DNA of 64,000 nucleotides from an uncultured Chloroflexia bacterium (lineage in GTDB: Bacteria > Chloroflexota > Limnocylindria > Limnocylindrales > CSP1-4): contig CAWEYL010000006.1 in assembly GCA_963813335.1 (NCBI GenBank), positions 64,001-128,000 of the forward strand, given 5' to 3'. Positions 19,062-28,738 of this stretch are shown in pieces. The notes under the pieces were generated by a model. The model was given only the letters and a program-made list of their open reading frames with translations, searched no databases and was not told the DNA's origin. How positions within the stretch are numbered: the stretch's first letter is position 1; each line of letters begins with the position of its first letter. The translations under genes and the position numbers were made by a program.

Positions 19062-19727
19062 ATCGACGCACCCGATCGAACGCACCCCGTCACGGGTGTC
19101 GCCGATCCACTACCCACCCTCTCGCGGACCCGCCGCCGTCGTCGCTGGCGCCGGCAGGAAGGCCAGTCGCTGGCAGAGTTCGCGCTGGTCTTCCCGTTCT
19201 TCATGGTCATCCTGTTCGGCGTCATCGAATTCGGCTTTGCGCTGAACGGACTCCTCTCGACGGAGTACACGACGCGCGATGCGGCGCTGGCCGCGGCCGA
19301 GTCCGGCAATGAGTCGGGCTCCGATTGCTCGATCCTCCGTGTGGTCGAGAGCCGGACCGCGGCACCCTCGAACCACGACGACATCATCCAGGTCCGGATC
19401 TACAAGGCGCAGGCGAACGGCAACCCGGTCTCCCCGCCGCAGGCCAACGTGTTCGTCCGCACCACCGATGCCAACGTCCAGTACGTGTGCCCGGACGGCA
19501 CGGGCAAGGTCCCATACCGGCGCACGCAGAACTCCTACGACGAGCGCACTCGCTGCAACCAGCTCAACGGCTGCAACATCGCTGGCCAGAAGACGGTCGA
19601 TACGATCGGCGTGGAGATGACCCAGCACTACAGCTGGAAGACCCCGCTCGCCAACCTGCTGCCGATGACGGGCGGTGGCTACGACTTTACGACCGGCAAC
19701 GCCATGCGCATGGAGCCGATCCTGTGA
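19062..19727 (+). CDS. TadE-like pseudopilin (start uncertain)
   Basis: The in-frame RRRWRRQE-GQSLAEFALVFPFFMVILFGVIEFG prepilin motif lies upstream of the first ATG (19203); in-frame ATC at 19062 follows an SD-like GGGGAG. Confidence 0.75.
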   Translation: MDAPDRTHPVTGVADPLPTLSRTRRRRRWRRQEGQSLAEFALVFPFFMVILFGVIEFGFALNGLLSTEYTTRDAALAAAESGNESGSDCSILRVVESRTAAPSNHDDIIQVRIYKAQANGNPVSPPQANVFVRTTDANVQYVCPDGTGKVPYRRTQNSYDERTRCNQLNGCNIAGQKTVDTIGVEMTQHYSWKTPLANLLPMTGGGYDFTTGNAMRMEPIL

Positions 19728-20356
19728 GCGCCCGGCCCCGGCTCAGCCCTGATCTCCACGATGTCCGGGGCCAGAGCCTCGTCGAGTACGCGATGACCGT
19801 TCCGGTCTTCCTGATCATCCTGCTCGGCATCCTCGAGTTCGGGTTCGCGTTCTCGCATCACATGACGATGGAATACTCCACGCGCGAAGGCGCGCGGACC
19901 GCGGCAGCACTGAACAACGGCACCGACCAGATCAGCTGCAACGGGTTGAACGACGACAACGTCGACAATCAGGTCATCGCTGCCGTCCAGCGTGTCCTGA
20001 CCGCAGCAGGGTCGCAAGTCTCGCTCGCGGACGTGCAGTCGATCCACATCTACAAGGCGTCGTCGACAGGGAAGGAGCCATCGATCGGCTCCGTGAATAT
20101 CTGGGTCCCAGGAGCCAGTCCTTCCACTGTCGGGGGGCAGCAGCTCCTGTTCAACCGGACCCAGCATGCCTGGGATGCCTGCGGCCGGGACAACAAGTCC
20201 TCGGGAGTCAGTGACCCGGTCGACTCGGTCGGCGTGTCGATGACCTACACGTATCACTTCGTCACGCCGCTCTCGAGTCTCCTCGGCCTCGTTGGTGCCG
20301 GCCAGCTCACGATGAGCGACCACACCGTCATGGCCCTCAATCCCGACCCGGTCTGA
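19724..20356 (+). CDS. TadE/TadF-like pseudopilin
   Basis: RGQSLVEYAMTVPVFLIILLGILEFG..STREGARTAA; GTGA overlap. Confidence 0.85.
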   Translation: MSARPRLSPDLHDVRGQSLVEYAMTVPVFLIILLGILEFGFAFSHHMTMEYSTREGARTAAALNNGTDQISCNGLNDDNVDNQVIAAVQRVLTAAGSQVSLADVQSIHIYKASSTGKEPSIGSVNIWVPGASPSTVGGQQLLFNRTQHAWDACGRDNKSSGVSDPVDSVGVSMTYTYHFVTPLSSLLGLVGAGQLTMSDHTVMALNPDPV

Positions 20357-20373
20357 ACGAGGACCTGCACGAC

Positions 20374-22719
20374 ATGATCCGAAGGACGAAGACCGGGCGC
20401 GCGACCGGCGAAGGGCTGTCGACCGTAACCGACGCGGACCGCCGACGGCGTAGCCGCGGTCAGGTTCTGGTCATCTTCGCGGGGGCTCTGTTCCTGCTGA
20501 TGATGATCGCGGCCGTCGTCGTTGACGTGTCCTGGTTCTGGGTGAACGCTCTACGGGTCCAGCGTGCCGCCGACGCGGCAGCGCTCGCCGGCGCCGTCGA
20601 GTTGCCGAAATACCCGGATGCGGGCAGCGGCCATGCCTACGACCTGGCGTACAAGGAGGCCCTCAAGAACGGGTACGCCAACGGGGTCGGCGGGGTGTCG
20701 GTCATCCCGCTCCAGGACAAGGTCTTTTCGAACCGGCTCAACGTGACGATCACGGCGCCAGTGGGCACCTTCTTCATGAAGGTCATCGGCATCTCCACGA
20801 TCCCGGTCACCCGCACGGCCAAGGGCGAGTACGTCCAGCCAGTGCCGCTCGGCAGCCCGCAGAACTACTTCGGCGTGGGCTATCTCGTCAAGCCGCAGCA
20901 GACCACGACGACCAATACGAGTACATCCAACGGCACGACCGACAACGATTTCGTGACCCACAACCCGTTCATCGCCGGCGGCCAGTGGTCGTGGACGCCG
21001 ACCAGCTTCGGGCGGACCATCGCGACGGCCGTCGACAACGACAACGACAACGAGTACGCGTTCACGAGCACGACCGGCCAGCACCAGGAATGGGGCAACT
21101 TCAACCTGGTCGGCACGGGCGGTGGACTGCCCAACCTCGCCGCGAACCAGACGATGACGATCCGCGGCGTCCGTGTCTACCTCGACAACACGTACCTGAC
21201 GAGTTCATGCAGCGGGTTCGGCCGCCGCGGGCAACTCCAGGCCGACCTGTCGTGGGGAGCGGGCGCGAATGGCACGTGGTCGTCGCAGGTCGCGACCGGC
21301 GGTCTGCCGACGAGCTCCAACAACGACGAGACGCTCGGCTCCACCACGGGCAATTCGTGGGGATCACACACATGGACCCGAGCCGATTTCGACAACTCGA
21401 AGTTCCAGGTGCGCCTCACCTACGACGAGAACTGTACGAACGCGCCGCAGGTTCGGGTTGACCGGATCCGCATCGAGATCGGCTATTCGATCACGACGAC
21501 CACGACGACGACCGTCACCACATTGCAGCAGAACGCCCCGGTCGTGAGTCCGACGGGCGGCACGCTATCGCCGCAGAACTTCTGGGCGGCGATGCAGAGC
21601 CAGGGCGCGCCGAACATCCAGGGCGACGCCTTCATGACGAAGTACGAACGTCGGAAGGGCACCTTGAACGACAAGGACCCCGGGCAGGATCCGGATGCCA
21701 ACTACCTGCCCGACTCGTTCTACAACTACGCCGTCGAGGTCCCGGCAGGCGCTTCCAGCGCGAACGTCTACGTCTACGACCCCGGCTTCTGCGACACCAC
21801 CAGCGAGGGTGGGCTCGGCGAGTACTGGTCGGGTGGAACCAGCTCGAACGGCGAGGACTACGGTCCGAGCAACGAACAACCGATCAGCACCTTCTTCGAC
21901 CTGTACAACACCAACGGGACGCTTGGGAACAACGACGACGACACCTTGGTCAACGCGACCGGGAACGCGTATCGACGGTTGTCGTACCAGGACTACCTGG
22001 TCTACGACGCCCTGAATCGCAACACCGACAAGAACGACTGCACCAATCAGGCCTGGCATTACGGCTGGCGCCAACTCAACAGCGGGCCGCTCGGCGCGGG
22101 CACCTACCGGATCCATGTCTATTCGACGGACCCGAGCTCGGCCAACGACCAGAACGACTCGACCGCTCTGAATGCGTATGCCTTCTATGCCAATGCGACC
22201 GGTGGGAACCCGCGGATCTACGGCATCGGCGCGATGGAGGCGTACATCCGGCTTCCAGGCGGCCGAGCGTCGGAGTTCTACCTCGCCCAGATCGACGCGG
22301 CAAATGCCGGCAAGATCATGTACATCGACCTCTGGGATCCCGGCGACACGGGCCAGTTGTCGGCGAACCTGCAGATCCTGGCTCCGCGGTCTGGCGGCTG
22401 GACTGCCACCTCGTTCAGCTATCAGGGCTCTCAGGGCACCACGAACCGCGACGCCTCTTCCAGCTGCAACAACCGCTCCGGCACATCCACGTCCGTGACC
22501 ACGAACACCGGCGGGACGAGCCTGTACAACGGATGCTGGCTGCGGATCCAAGTCGCGATCCCGGACAACTACTCCGCCCCGGTCGACCCCGTCTCCGGCG
22601 AGAAGGGCTGGTGGAAGATCCGCTACAACATGGGCGGCAGCTCCTCGGACTTCTCGACGGACCTGACGACCTGGCAGGTCACGATGCACAACAACCCGGT
22701 CCACCTCGTCATCCCGTGA
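20374..22719 (+). CDS. TadG-like pilus protein with large C-terminal extracellular region
   Basis: RGQVLVIFA..VVDVSWFW..VQRAADAAALAGA; Asn/Thr/Gly-rich C-terminus. Confidence 0.85.
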   Translation: MIRRTKTGRATGEGLSTVTDADRRRRSRGQVLVIFAGALFLLMMIAAVVVDVSWFWVNALRVQRAADAAALAGAVELPKYPDAGSGHAYDLAYKEALKNGYANGVGGVSVIPLQDKVFSNRLNVTITAPVGTFFMKVIGISTIPVTRTAKGEYVQPVPLGSPQNYFGVGYLVKPQQTTTTNTSTSNGTTDNDFVTHNPFIAGGQWSWTPTSFGRTIATAVDNDNDNEYAFTSTTGQHQEWGNFNLVGTGGGLPNLAANQTMTIRGVRVYLDNTYLTSSCSGFGRRGQLQADLSWGAGANGTWSSQVATGGLPTSSNNDETLGSTTGNSWGSHTWTRADFDNSKFQVRLTYDENCTNAPQVRVDRIRIEIGYSITTTTTTTVTTLQQNAPVVSPTGGTLSPQNFWAAMQSQGAPNIQGDAFMTKYERRKGTLNDKDPGQDPDANYLPDSFYNYAVEVPAGASSANVYVYDPGFCDTTSEGGLGEYWSGGTSSNGEDYGPSNEQPISTFFDLYNTNGTLGNNDDDTLVNATGNAYRRLSYQDYLVYDALNRNTDKNDCTNQAWHYGWRQLNSGPLGAGTYRIHVYSTDPSSANDQNDSTALNAYAFYANATGGNPRIYGIGAMEAYIRLPGGRASEFYLAQIDAANAGKIMYIDLWDPGDTGQLSANLQILAPRSGGWTATSFSYQGSQGTTNRDASSSCNNRSGTSTSVTTNTGGTSLYNGCWLRIQVAIPDNYSAPVDPVSGEKGWWKIRYNMGGSSSDFSTDLTTWQVTMHNNPVHLVIP

Positions 22720-22871
22720 TCGACGATCAGGTGATGCGTCCGCGCACCACCTGATCACCCATCCGGGCGGACATCCCGCTCGGGAAGGACTACAGTCGAG
22801 GACGAACGCGCGCGCGTTCGCTTTCGACGTTCCGAACCCAGCCGAGCCGATCGACCAGCGCGAGGACATTC

Positions 22872-23963
22872 GTGACCGAGCAGGAAAGGCGCCGCCGCCA
22901 CCGCGACCGACTCCGCATCGGGGTCATCGTGGCGTGCCTGGCCATCGGGCTGGTGCCGGTCGTCGTCGTCTTCGCCGCCTCCCCGGAGCCCTCGAGCTCG
23001 TTCGATCCGGGCGCGTCGGCATCGGCATCGGCAGACGCGTCGGCTTCCGCAGAGGCGACCGCCTCGGCCGAGGCCACGGCATCCGCGTCGGCATCGGCGT
23101 CGAACGCCGCACCGGTCGTGCCGCTGGCACCCCAGTCGACCACCAAGCCGGATACCTCCAAGACCGACGGCGCGAACGGCGCCCGCGGCGGACAGGGCTT
23201 CGGCGGCATCACGATCACCGGGATCGCCGGCATGAAGCTGAGCCTCGAGACCGCGGATGGCTGGACCCGCACGATCACCGTGACGGCCGACACCAAGATC
23301 ACCAAGGGCGGCAAGGCCGCCACCGTCAGCGACCTGGAGCTCGGCGACAAGATCACCTTCCGCCAGAAGCGCAATGACGACGGGACCTACACGATCGTCT
23401 CGATCAACGTTCCGACGCCGATGGCCAGCGGCAAGGTGACCGCGGTCGGGTCGAGCACGATCACGCTCGCCGGTCGTGGCGGCAAGACCAAGGTCATCAC
23501 CGTCAACGGCTCGACGACGTACGCGTTCGGCAAGGACGGCGCTGCCACCAAGAGCGATGTCGTCGTCGGTTCGTCGGTCGTGGCCCTGGGCACCGTCAGC
23601 GGCGACACCTTCACCGCGGCCTCCGTGCGGATCCTGCCAAGCGTCGTCGGCGGCGAGGTGACCGCCAAGACCTCCACGAGCATCACCCTCAAGACCCGCG
23701 ACGGGACGAGCGTCACGGTCCACGTCGACAGCTCGACCAAGTTCTTCGTCCGCGGCACCGCGGCCGGGGCCACCGCGACCATCGCCGACATCGCGGTGGG
23801 CGACAAGGTCATGGCCAGCGGGCAGCTCCAGGCGAACGGCTCGATCGACGCGGACGTGGTCGGCGGCGGCAAGGGCGGCTGGGGCTTCGGCCGCGGCGGC
23901 TTCGACGGCCACGACAAGAACGCCCCCGACGCGAGCCCGAAGGCCTCAGGACCGACCACCTAG
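22872..23963 (+). CDS. Membrane-anchored DUF5666-like repeat protein
   Basis: N-terminal TM, SA-rich linker, three repeats of G.VT...SITL...TV.V...T.....AT.SD..VG..V. Confidence 0.7.
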   Translation: MTEQERRRRHRDRLRIGVIVACLAIGLVPVVVVFAASPEPSSSFDPGASASASADASASAEATASAEATASASASASNAAPVVPLAPQSTTKPDTSKTDGANGARGGQGFGGITITGIAGMKLSLETADGWTRTITVTADTKITKGGKAATVSDLELGDKITFRQKRNDDGTYTIVSINVPTPMASGKVTAVGSSTITLAGRGGKTKVITVNGSTTYAFGKDGAATKSDVVVGSSVVALGTVSGDTFTAASVRILPSVVGGEVTAKTSTSITLKTRDGTSVTVHVDSSTKFFVRGTAAGATATIADIAVGDKVMASGQLQANGSIDADVVGGGKGGWGFGRGGFDGHDKNAPDASPKASGPTT

Positions 23964-24047
23964 GCTCCCCGGCGCGAGCGCAGGTCCCACGCGCTTAGGC
24001 CTTCCGTACCCGCGCCGCGCCGCGCCCGCCGTCCTACAATCCAGCCC

Positions 24048-24659
24048 ATGAGCTGGAACATGCCGATCGACGCCTTCAGCGGCGACGAGCCCCAGGGTCG
24101 CGAAGAGCAGATCGAGCTCGTCGGTACGCACCTCCGGCTGACGGGCAAGATGTACCTCGGCCGGTTCGGTCGCCTGACCGACCTCATCAACGCGCAGAGC
24201 GGCTACATCCGCGTCCATGACGCGCAGCTCCTGCGACGCAACGGCGACCCCACGACCCTCGTCCTGCCCGAGTTGATGATCGACAAGGATGAGATCTCGT
24301 TCATCGCCCAGGAGGATCCCGAGCCGCCGGCCGAGGCGTCCGGGCTGGCTGGTGCCGGCGCGATGAGCGATTTCGGTGAGGTGACGATGACTCGTCGACC
24401 GCGCCAGTTCGTGATGTTCACGCCGGGCCACACGGTCACCGGCTCGGCCTACGTCTACGGCGAGACGGACCTCGCCGCGTTCGTCGACACGACTGACCCC
24501 CGATTCATCGCGCTCACGGAGGTCACGACGCGCTCGCTGGCCGACCGCCGGATCATCAGCCATTACAAGTTCGTGCTGATCAACCGGACCCAGATGATCG
24601 CCGCGTCAGAGACCGGGCGCCAGGGCGACATCGCCGAAGAGCACATCCCGGACCTGTAG
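24048..24659 (+). CDS. Hypothetical protein with a duplicated DUF6812-like domain
   Basis: Two similar halves (LTGKMYL..RLTDLIN..YIRVHDA..IDKDEISF / VTGSAYV..DLAAFVD..FIALTEV..INRTQMIA). Confidence 0.6.
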   Translation: MSWNMPIDAFSGDEPQGREEQIELVGTHLRLTGKMYLGRFGRLTDLINAQSGYIRVHDAQLLRRNGDPTTLVLPELMIDKDEISFIAQEDPEPPAEASGLAGAGAMSDFGEVTMTRRPRQFVMFTPGHTVTGSAYVYGETDLAAFVDTTDPRFIALTEVTTRSLADRRIISHYKFVLINRTQMIAASETGRQGDIAEEHIPDL

Positions 24660-24984
24660 CCCGACGCCGGGCCCGCGCACCACCCGGTCGCCCACCCAGA
24701 CGGCACCGAACCCCACCGCTCCGGCCGCGCGCGCGCCGATCCGGTGCGTTCACGCCACGACGACCCCGTCGGCGTCCGCCCGCCCGGCGCCAGCCGTCAC
24801 CGCTCCGCCGGTCGTCTCGGTGCGCACGGGCACGCCGTCCGGGTGGGTGCGATCGAGTCTGGTCGAGTCCGTCCTGGACCTTTGGTCCTGCCCATGGATG
24901 ACCCGAAACGCCCGTGGCCGGAACGCACCGATCGCGGCCGGGCACGCCGCGCGGCCGACCACCGCCGACTGGACGACAGTCGGA

Positions 24985-25527
24985 CTACCCGGACCTGGTG
25001 CCCTCGACGTCGTCGGGTCGACGCGCGCCCAGGGCGGCCATCGAACGCGCGGGCGGGGTGTGCCCGGGCACGACCGATCCGGCCGTGGTCTGCGTGACGA
25101 CTTCCTGACTCGGACCCAATTCGATCACGGTTTCCCCGCGTCGTCCGGGGCCGACAGGTATCGCCTCTGACGCGGTCGTGATCGCAGGCACCTGGTCCGG
25201 GGAGTCTTCCGGACTGAAGCCAGGGATCGCTTCGATGACCTCCCCCGTGGTCGAGTCGATCAGCTTGATCGTCTCGAACCGATCCACGGGATTTCCGCAG
25301 CCGTAACACGTCTTGTCGGCTGGCTGGTTCGCCGAATGGCACATCTGGCAGACCCACAGGTATCCCGTGAGTGAGGCTGTCCGCTGACGAGTCCGACCGA
25401 ACAGGAGCCGATAGAGGAGCCAGACGGTGGTCGGGGTGATGAGGACCAGGGCCGCCAGCAGCGCAGGCGGGGTATGTGCTGCTGTGGAGCCGATGGCAGA
25501 GATGATGTCGTTCGCGTCGGCGGGCAT
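24985..25527 (-). CDS. Hypothetical membrane protein with RanBP2-like zinc ribbon
   Basis: TM helix followed by WVCQMCHSANQPADKTCYGCG. Confidence 0.55.
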   Translation of the reverse strand: MPADANDIISAIGSTAAHTPPALLAALVLITPTTVWLLYRLLFGRTRQRTASLTGYLWVCQMCHSANQPADKTCYGCGNPVDRFETIKLIDSTTGEVIEAIPGFSPEDSPDQVPAITTASEAIPVGPGRRGETVIELGPSQEVVTQTTAGSVVPGHTPPARSMAALGARRPDDVEGTRSG

Positions 25528-25715
25528 GCACCTATTTGACTCGTCATGGGCGCGAGATTCAACACCTGTGTGGCTCCGAGGCAACGGTCTTCACCGCGGT
25601 CTTTCGCTCCAGACCACACCGCACCGCACCGGACGTTCGTCCCACCGAGTACTAGTGGTCCACCGCATCGTCCGCGGCGGGTCGATGTATCGGGGATCGC
25701 CCGTACAATCGCGGC

Positions 25716-26366
25716 GTGAACTCCTCGCGCACCACAGGCCGCCGAACGCGAGTGCCGCACGGGCATGCGATGGGGACGCTGCCCATGCTCGTCGCCATCC
25801 TCGTGATCGGCTCAGCGGGCCTCGCGCCGGCGACGTGGGCCGCGAATACGTCCATCTCGATCACCGACTCGCGGTACGACCCGGGCGACCTGACCATCGT
25901 CCAAGGGGAGGTCGTCACCTGGACGCAGAATGGCGGTTTGACGCACACCGTCACCGCCGACGGTGGCAGCTTCGACAGCGGCGTCCTGGCGCCCGGTGCA
26001 TTCTTCGACCATGCGTTCGAGACCCCCGGCACGTACACCTATCACTGCACGCTCCACGACATGAGCGGCCGTATCACGGTCCGCGCAGCCACGCCGCCAT
26101 CCAGCGCCGCGCCCACGCCGACGTCCCCGTCGACTCCGATCCAGACTGCTCCACCGACAGCCGGTCAGAGCGGACACGCCGCAGAGGGTGTGTCACCGGT
26201 GGCGTCGGCTTCGGCTACCGCGGCTCCAGCCGATGTGGGTCCGTCGGATGCGGGTCTGTCACCGCTCACGCTCGTGATCGCGGCCGTCCTCGTGATCTTG
26301 ATCGTCGTCGTGGCGCTCTTCCTGATCCCGGCCCGGCGCGACTCGAAGGGCGACCGGACGGGCTGA
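25716..26366 (+). CDS. Cupredoxin (plastocyanin-like) with C-terminal membrane anchor
   Basis: Signal peptide, HTVT, YTYHCTLH.M type-1 Cu ligands, Pro/Ser linker, TM. Confidence 0.85.
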   Translation: MNSSRTTGRRTRVPHGHAMGTLPMLVAILVIGSAGLAPATWAANTSISITDSRYDPGDLTIVQGEVVTWTQNGGLTHTVTADGGSFDSGVLAPGAFFDHAFETPGTYTYHCTLHDMSGRITVRAATPPSSAAPTPTSPSTPIQTAPPTAGQSGHAAEGVSPVASASATAAPADVGPSDAGLSPLTLVIAAVLVILIVVVALFLIPARRDSKGDRTG

Positions 26367-26412
26367 CCTTCGTCCGGTTTCGCATCCGAAACCCGCTGCT
26401 ATCCTCGGGGGC

Positions 26413-27180
26413 ATGCTCGACGGCGGTTCCGACGGGGGTGCGCGAACGGGCCCGTATGGCTCGACGGGCTACGGCGTGGGCGCCCCGCGGATCCTCCTGG
26501 TCGACGACGACCCGGACCTGCTGGTGCTGCTGGCCGACCAGCTGCGCAACGACGGGTATCTCGTCACGACGGCACGGGACGGGGTCGAGGCCGTGCGTCG
26601 GCTGGAGACAGCGTGGCCGGATCTCCTGCTGATCGACATGATGATGCCCCGCCGCGACGGGCTGTCCCTCGCGCGCGAGGTCAAGGCGATGGCCGACCTG
26701 CCGATCATCGTGCTGTCCGCCATCGACGCCGGGGACTCCAAGGCCGACCTCCTCGACGAGGTGGCCGAGGACTACATCACCAAGCCCTACCACTATCCCG
26801 AGCTGCGGGCCCGCATCAACCGGGTCCTGCGCCGGCTCGGCGACAAGGTGCCGCGAAGGAGCCTGGTCCTGGGACCGAATCTGACGCTCGAGCTGCATCG
26901 CCGCGAGGCGACCGTCGGCGGCGAGACCGTCAAGCTGACCCCGACCGAGTCGCGCCTGCTCTACGCGCTGGCCGCGAACCTCGGGATCACGGTCTCGACC
27001 GACACGCTGCTGGTCCGCGGCTGGGCGGAGACCGAGGACGCCGACCCGTCCTACGTCTGGGTCACGATGCGCCGGCTCCGCCAGAAGCTGGAAGTGGACC
27101 CCAACAAGCCGGCGCACCTGCTGACGGTCCGCGGCATCGGGTACCGGCTCGTCGCCACGGAGGCGCCGGGCGGTGTCTGA
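26413..27180 (+). CDS. OmpR-family response regulator
   Basis: ILLVDDD, DLLLIDMMMP, DYITKPY, LTPTE, TVRGIGY. Confidence 0.92.
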   Translation: MLDGGSDGGARTGPYGSTGYGVGAPRILLVDDDPDLLVLLADQLRNDGYLVTTARDGVEAVRRLETAWPDLLLIDMMMPRRDGLSLAREVKAMADLPIIVLSAIDAGDSKADLLDEVAEDYITKPYHYPELRARINRVLRRLGDKVPRRSLVLGPNLTLELHRREATVGGETVKLTPTESRLLYALAANLGITVSTDTLLVRGWAETEDADPSYVWVTMRRLRQKLEVDPNKPAHLLTVRGIGYRLVATEAPGGV

Positions 27181-28738
27181 GGAGCGCGGCTCGGGCGCGT
27201 CCTCGTCGCCGGTCCTCAGCGGGCCCGCGGTCCCGCCGGCGGCCAGCATCACCGGCGTGTCGGCCGTGGGGGTGCCGGTCCAGGCGATCCCGACGCGCAG
27301 CTCGCGGTTCGCCTTCCGCACGCGGCTGACGCTGGCGCTCCTCGCGAGCGCGATCCTGCCGCTCGCGGTCTTCTGCATCGTCGGGCTCCTGATCGTCCTG
27401 GTGCTGATCCAGGGGCCGCTCGACCCGACGATCGCGCGGCTGCTGCTGTTCGCCCTGGCCATCGTGATCACCCTGGCGATCATCGGGTCGTACCTGCTGG
27501 TCGAGGACCTGACCGCGCCGCTGCGCGGGTTCGCGCGGGCGGTCGACCGGGTGTCCGCGGGCGACCTGTCGCACCCGATCCACATCGCCGGCGACGACGA
27601 GCTGGCCCACCTGGCCGAGAGCCACAACCGGCTGGCGGCCGATCTGCTGCGGCGCAACCAGGAGCTGGGGCGGATCCTCCAGGCGATCGAGGCGGTCTCG
27701 CCACGGGACGGGGTCCAGTTCCTGGCCTCACGGGCAGCCGATGACGCGAAAGCCGCGTTCGGGATGATCGACGCAGCCGTCTACCTGGGCAACCCCGCCC
27801 ATATCCCGATCATGGATGCGGTCCCCGGGGAGTCGCGGCCGTTGCGGGCCGTGCTCCGGGCGGGCGGCGAGGAACTGGGCGTGCTGTTCGGGCGACTGCC
27901 CGCGACCCGGTCGTGGGAGCGCGCCGACGGCGACCTGCTGGGGCTGTTCGCGAGCCACGTCGCGGTCGCGATCCGCAACGCCCAGCTGTTCACCCAGGTC
28001 GAGGAGCAGAACGCGCAGCTCATCGAGCTGGATGCGGCGAAGGACGAGTTCCTCCGCGGCGTCAGCCACAACCTCCAGACGCCGCTGACCTCGATCCGCG
28101 CCCATGCCGAGCAGCTGGGCGAGGACCGGCCGGACCGCCGGCTCGGGATCATCGCGGAGCAGTCGGAGCGGCTCTCGCGGATGGTCCGGCAGCTGCTGAC
28201 GGTGACCCGGCTGGAGTCCGGGGCCTTCAAGCCGAAGGCCGATGTCGTCGCGCTGGGCGGACGGGTGAAGAAGGCGTGGGAGGCGCTCGGCGCCGACGGC
28301 GTCGCGTTCACCCTCGAGGACCGCTCCGATGGCTGGCTGGCGATCGCCGACGCGGACCAGCTCGACCAGGTGCTGTGGGCGCTGCTCGACAACGCCGTGA
28401 AGTACGGGGAGCGTCGGCCGGTGTCGGTGGAGGTCATCGCGATCGTCGCGTCGCCCGACGTGTCACAGCTGCGGGTCACGATCACCGACGCCGGGCCGGG
28501 CGTGTCGGAGGCCGATCGCGAGCTGCTGTTCGGGCGGTTCCAGCGGGGCACGCAGCCGGTGGGCGACGCCGTCGGGGCCGGCCTCGAGGGGACGGGGCTG
28601 GAGGGGTCGGGCCTCGGGCTCTACGTGTCGCGCGAGCTGTGCCGGGCGATGGACGGGGACCTGGTGCTCGAGCCGCCGGTGGCGGGCCAGGGGGCGTCGT
28701 TCAGCATCTACCTGCCGGGCGAGCCCGCCACGGAATAG
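27173..28738 (+). CDS. Sensor histidine kinase (TM-HAMP-GAF-like-HisKA-HATPase)
   Basis: SHNLQTPLTSI H-box, LLDNAVKYG, DAGPG, GSGLGL. Confidence 0.9.
   Translation: MSEERGSGASSSPVLSGPAVPPAASITGVSAVGVPVQAIPTRSSRFAFRTRLTLALLASAILPLAVFCIVGLLIVLVLIQGPLDPTIARLLLFALAIVITLAIIGSYLLVEDLTAPLRGFARAVDRVSAGDLSHPIHIAGDDELAHLAESHNRLAADLLRRNQELGRILQAIEAVSPRDGVQFLASRAADDAKAAFGMIDAAVYLGNPAHIPIMDAVPGESRPLRAVLRAGGEELGVLFGRLPATRSWERADGDLLGLFASHVAVAIRNAQLFTQVEEQNAQLIELDAAKDEFLRGVSHNLQTPLTSIRAHAEQLGEDRPDRRLGIIAEQSERLSRMVRQLLTVTRLESGAFKPKADVVALGGRVKKAWEALGADGVAFTLEDRSDGWLAIADADQLDQVLWALLDNAVKYGERRPVSVEVIAIVASPDVSQLRVTITDAGPGVSEADRELLFGRFQRGTQPVGDAVGAGLEGTGLEGSGLGLYVSRELCRAMDGDLVLEPPVAGQGASFSIYLPGEPATE

Noticed and set aside
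23015-23105. Ser/Ala-rich DNA repeats (also near 32900, 34540, 53700)
   Set aside because: Low-complexity protein linkers inside CDSs, not independent repeat elements.
24660-24984. Small ORFs in the gap between convergent genes
   Set aside because: No recognisable motifs or clear start signals; could be a frameshifted tail of the zinc-ribbon gene, but I cannot support that.
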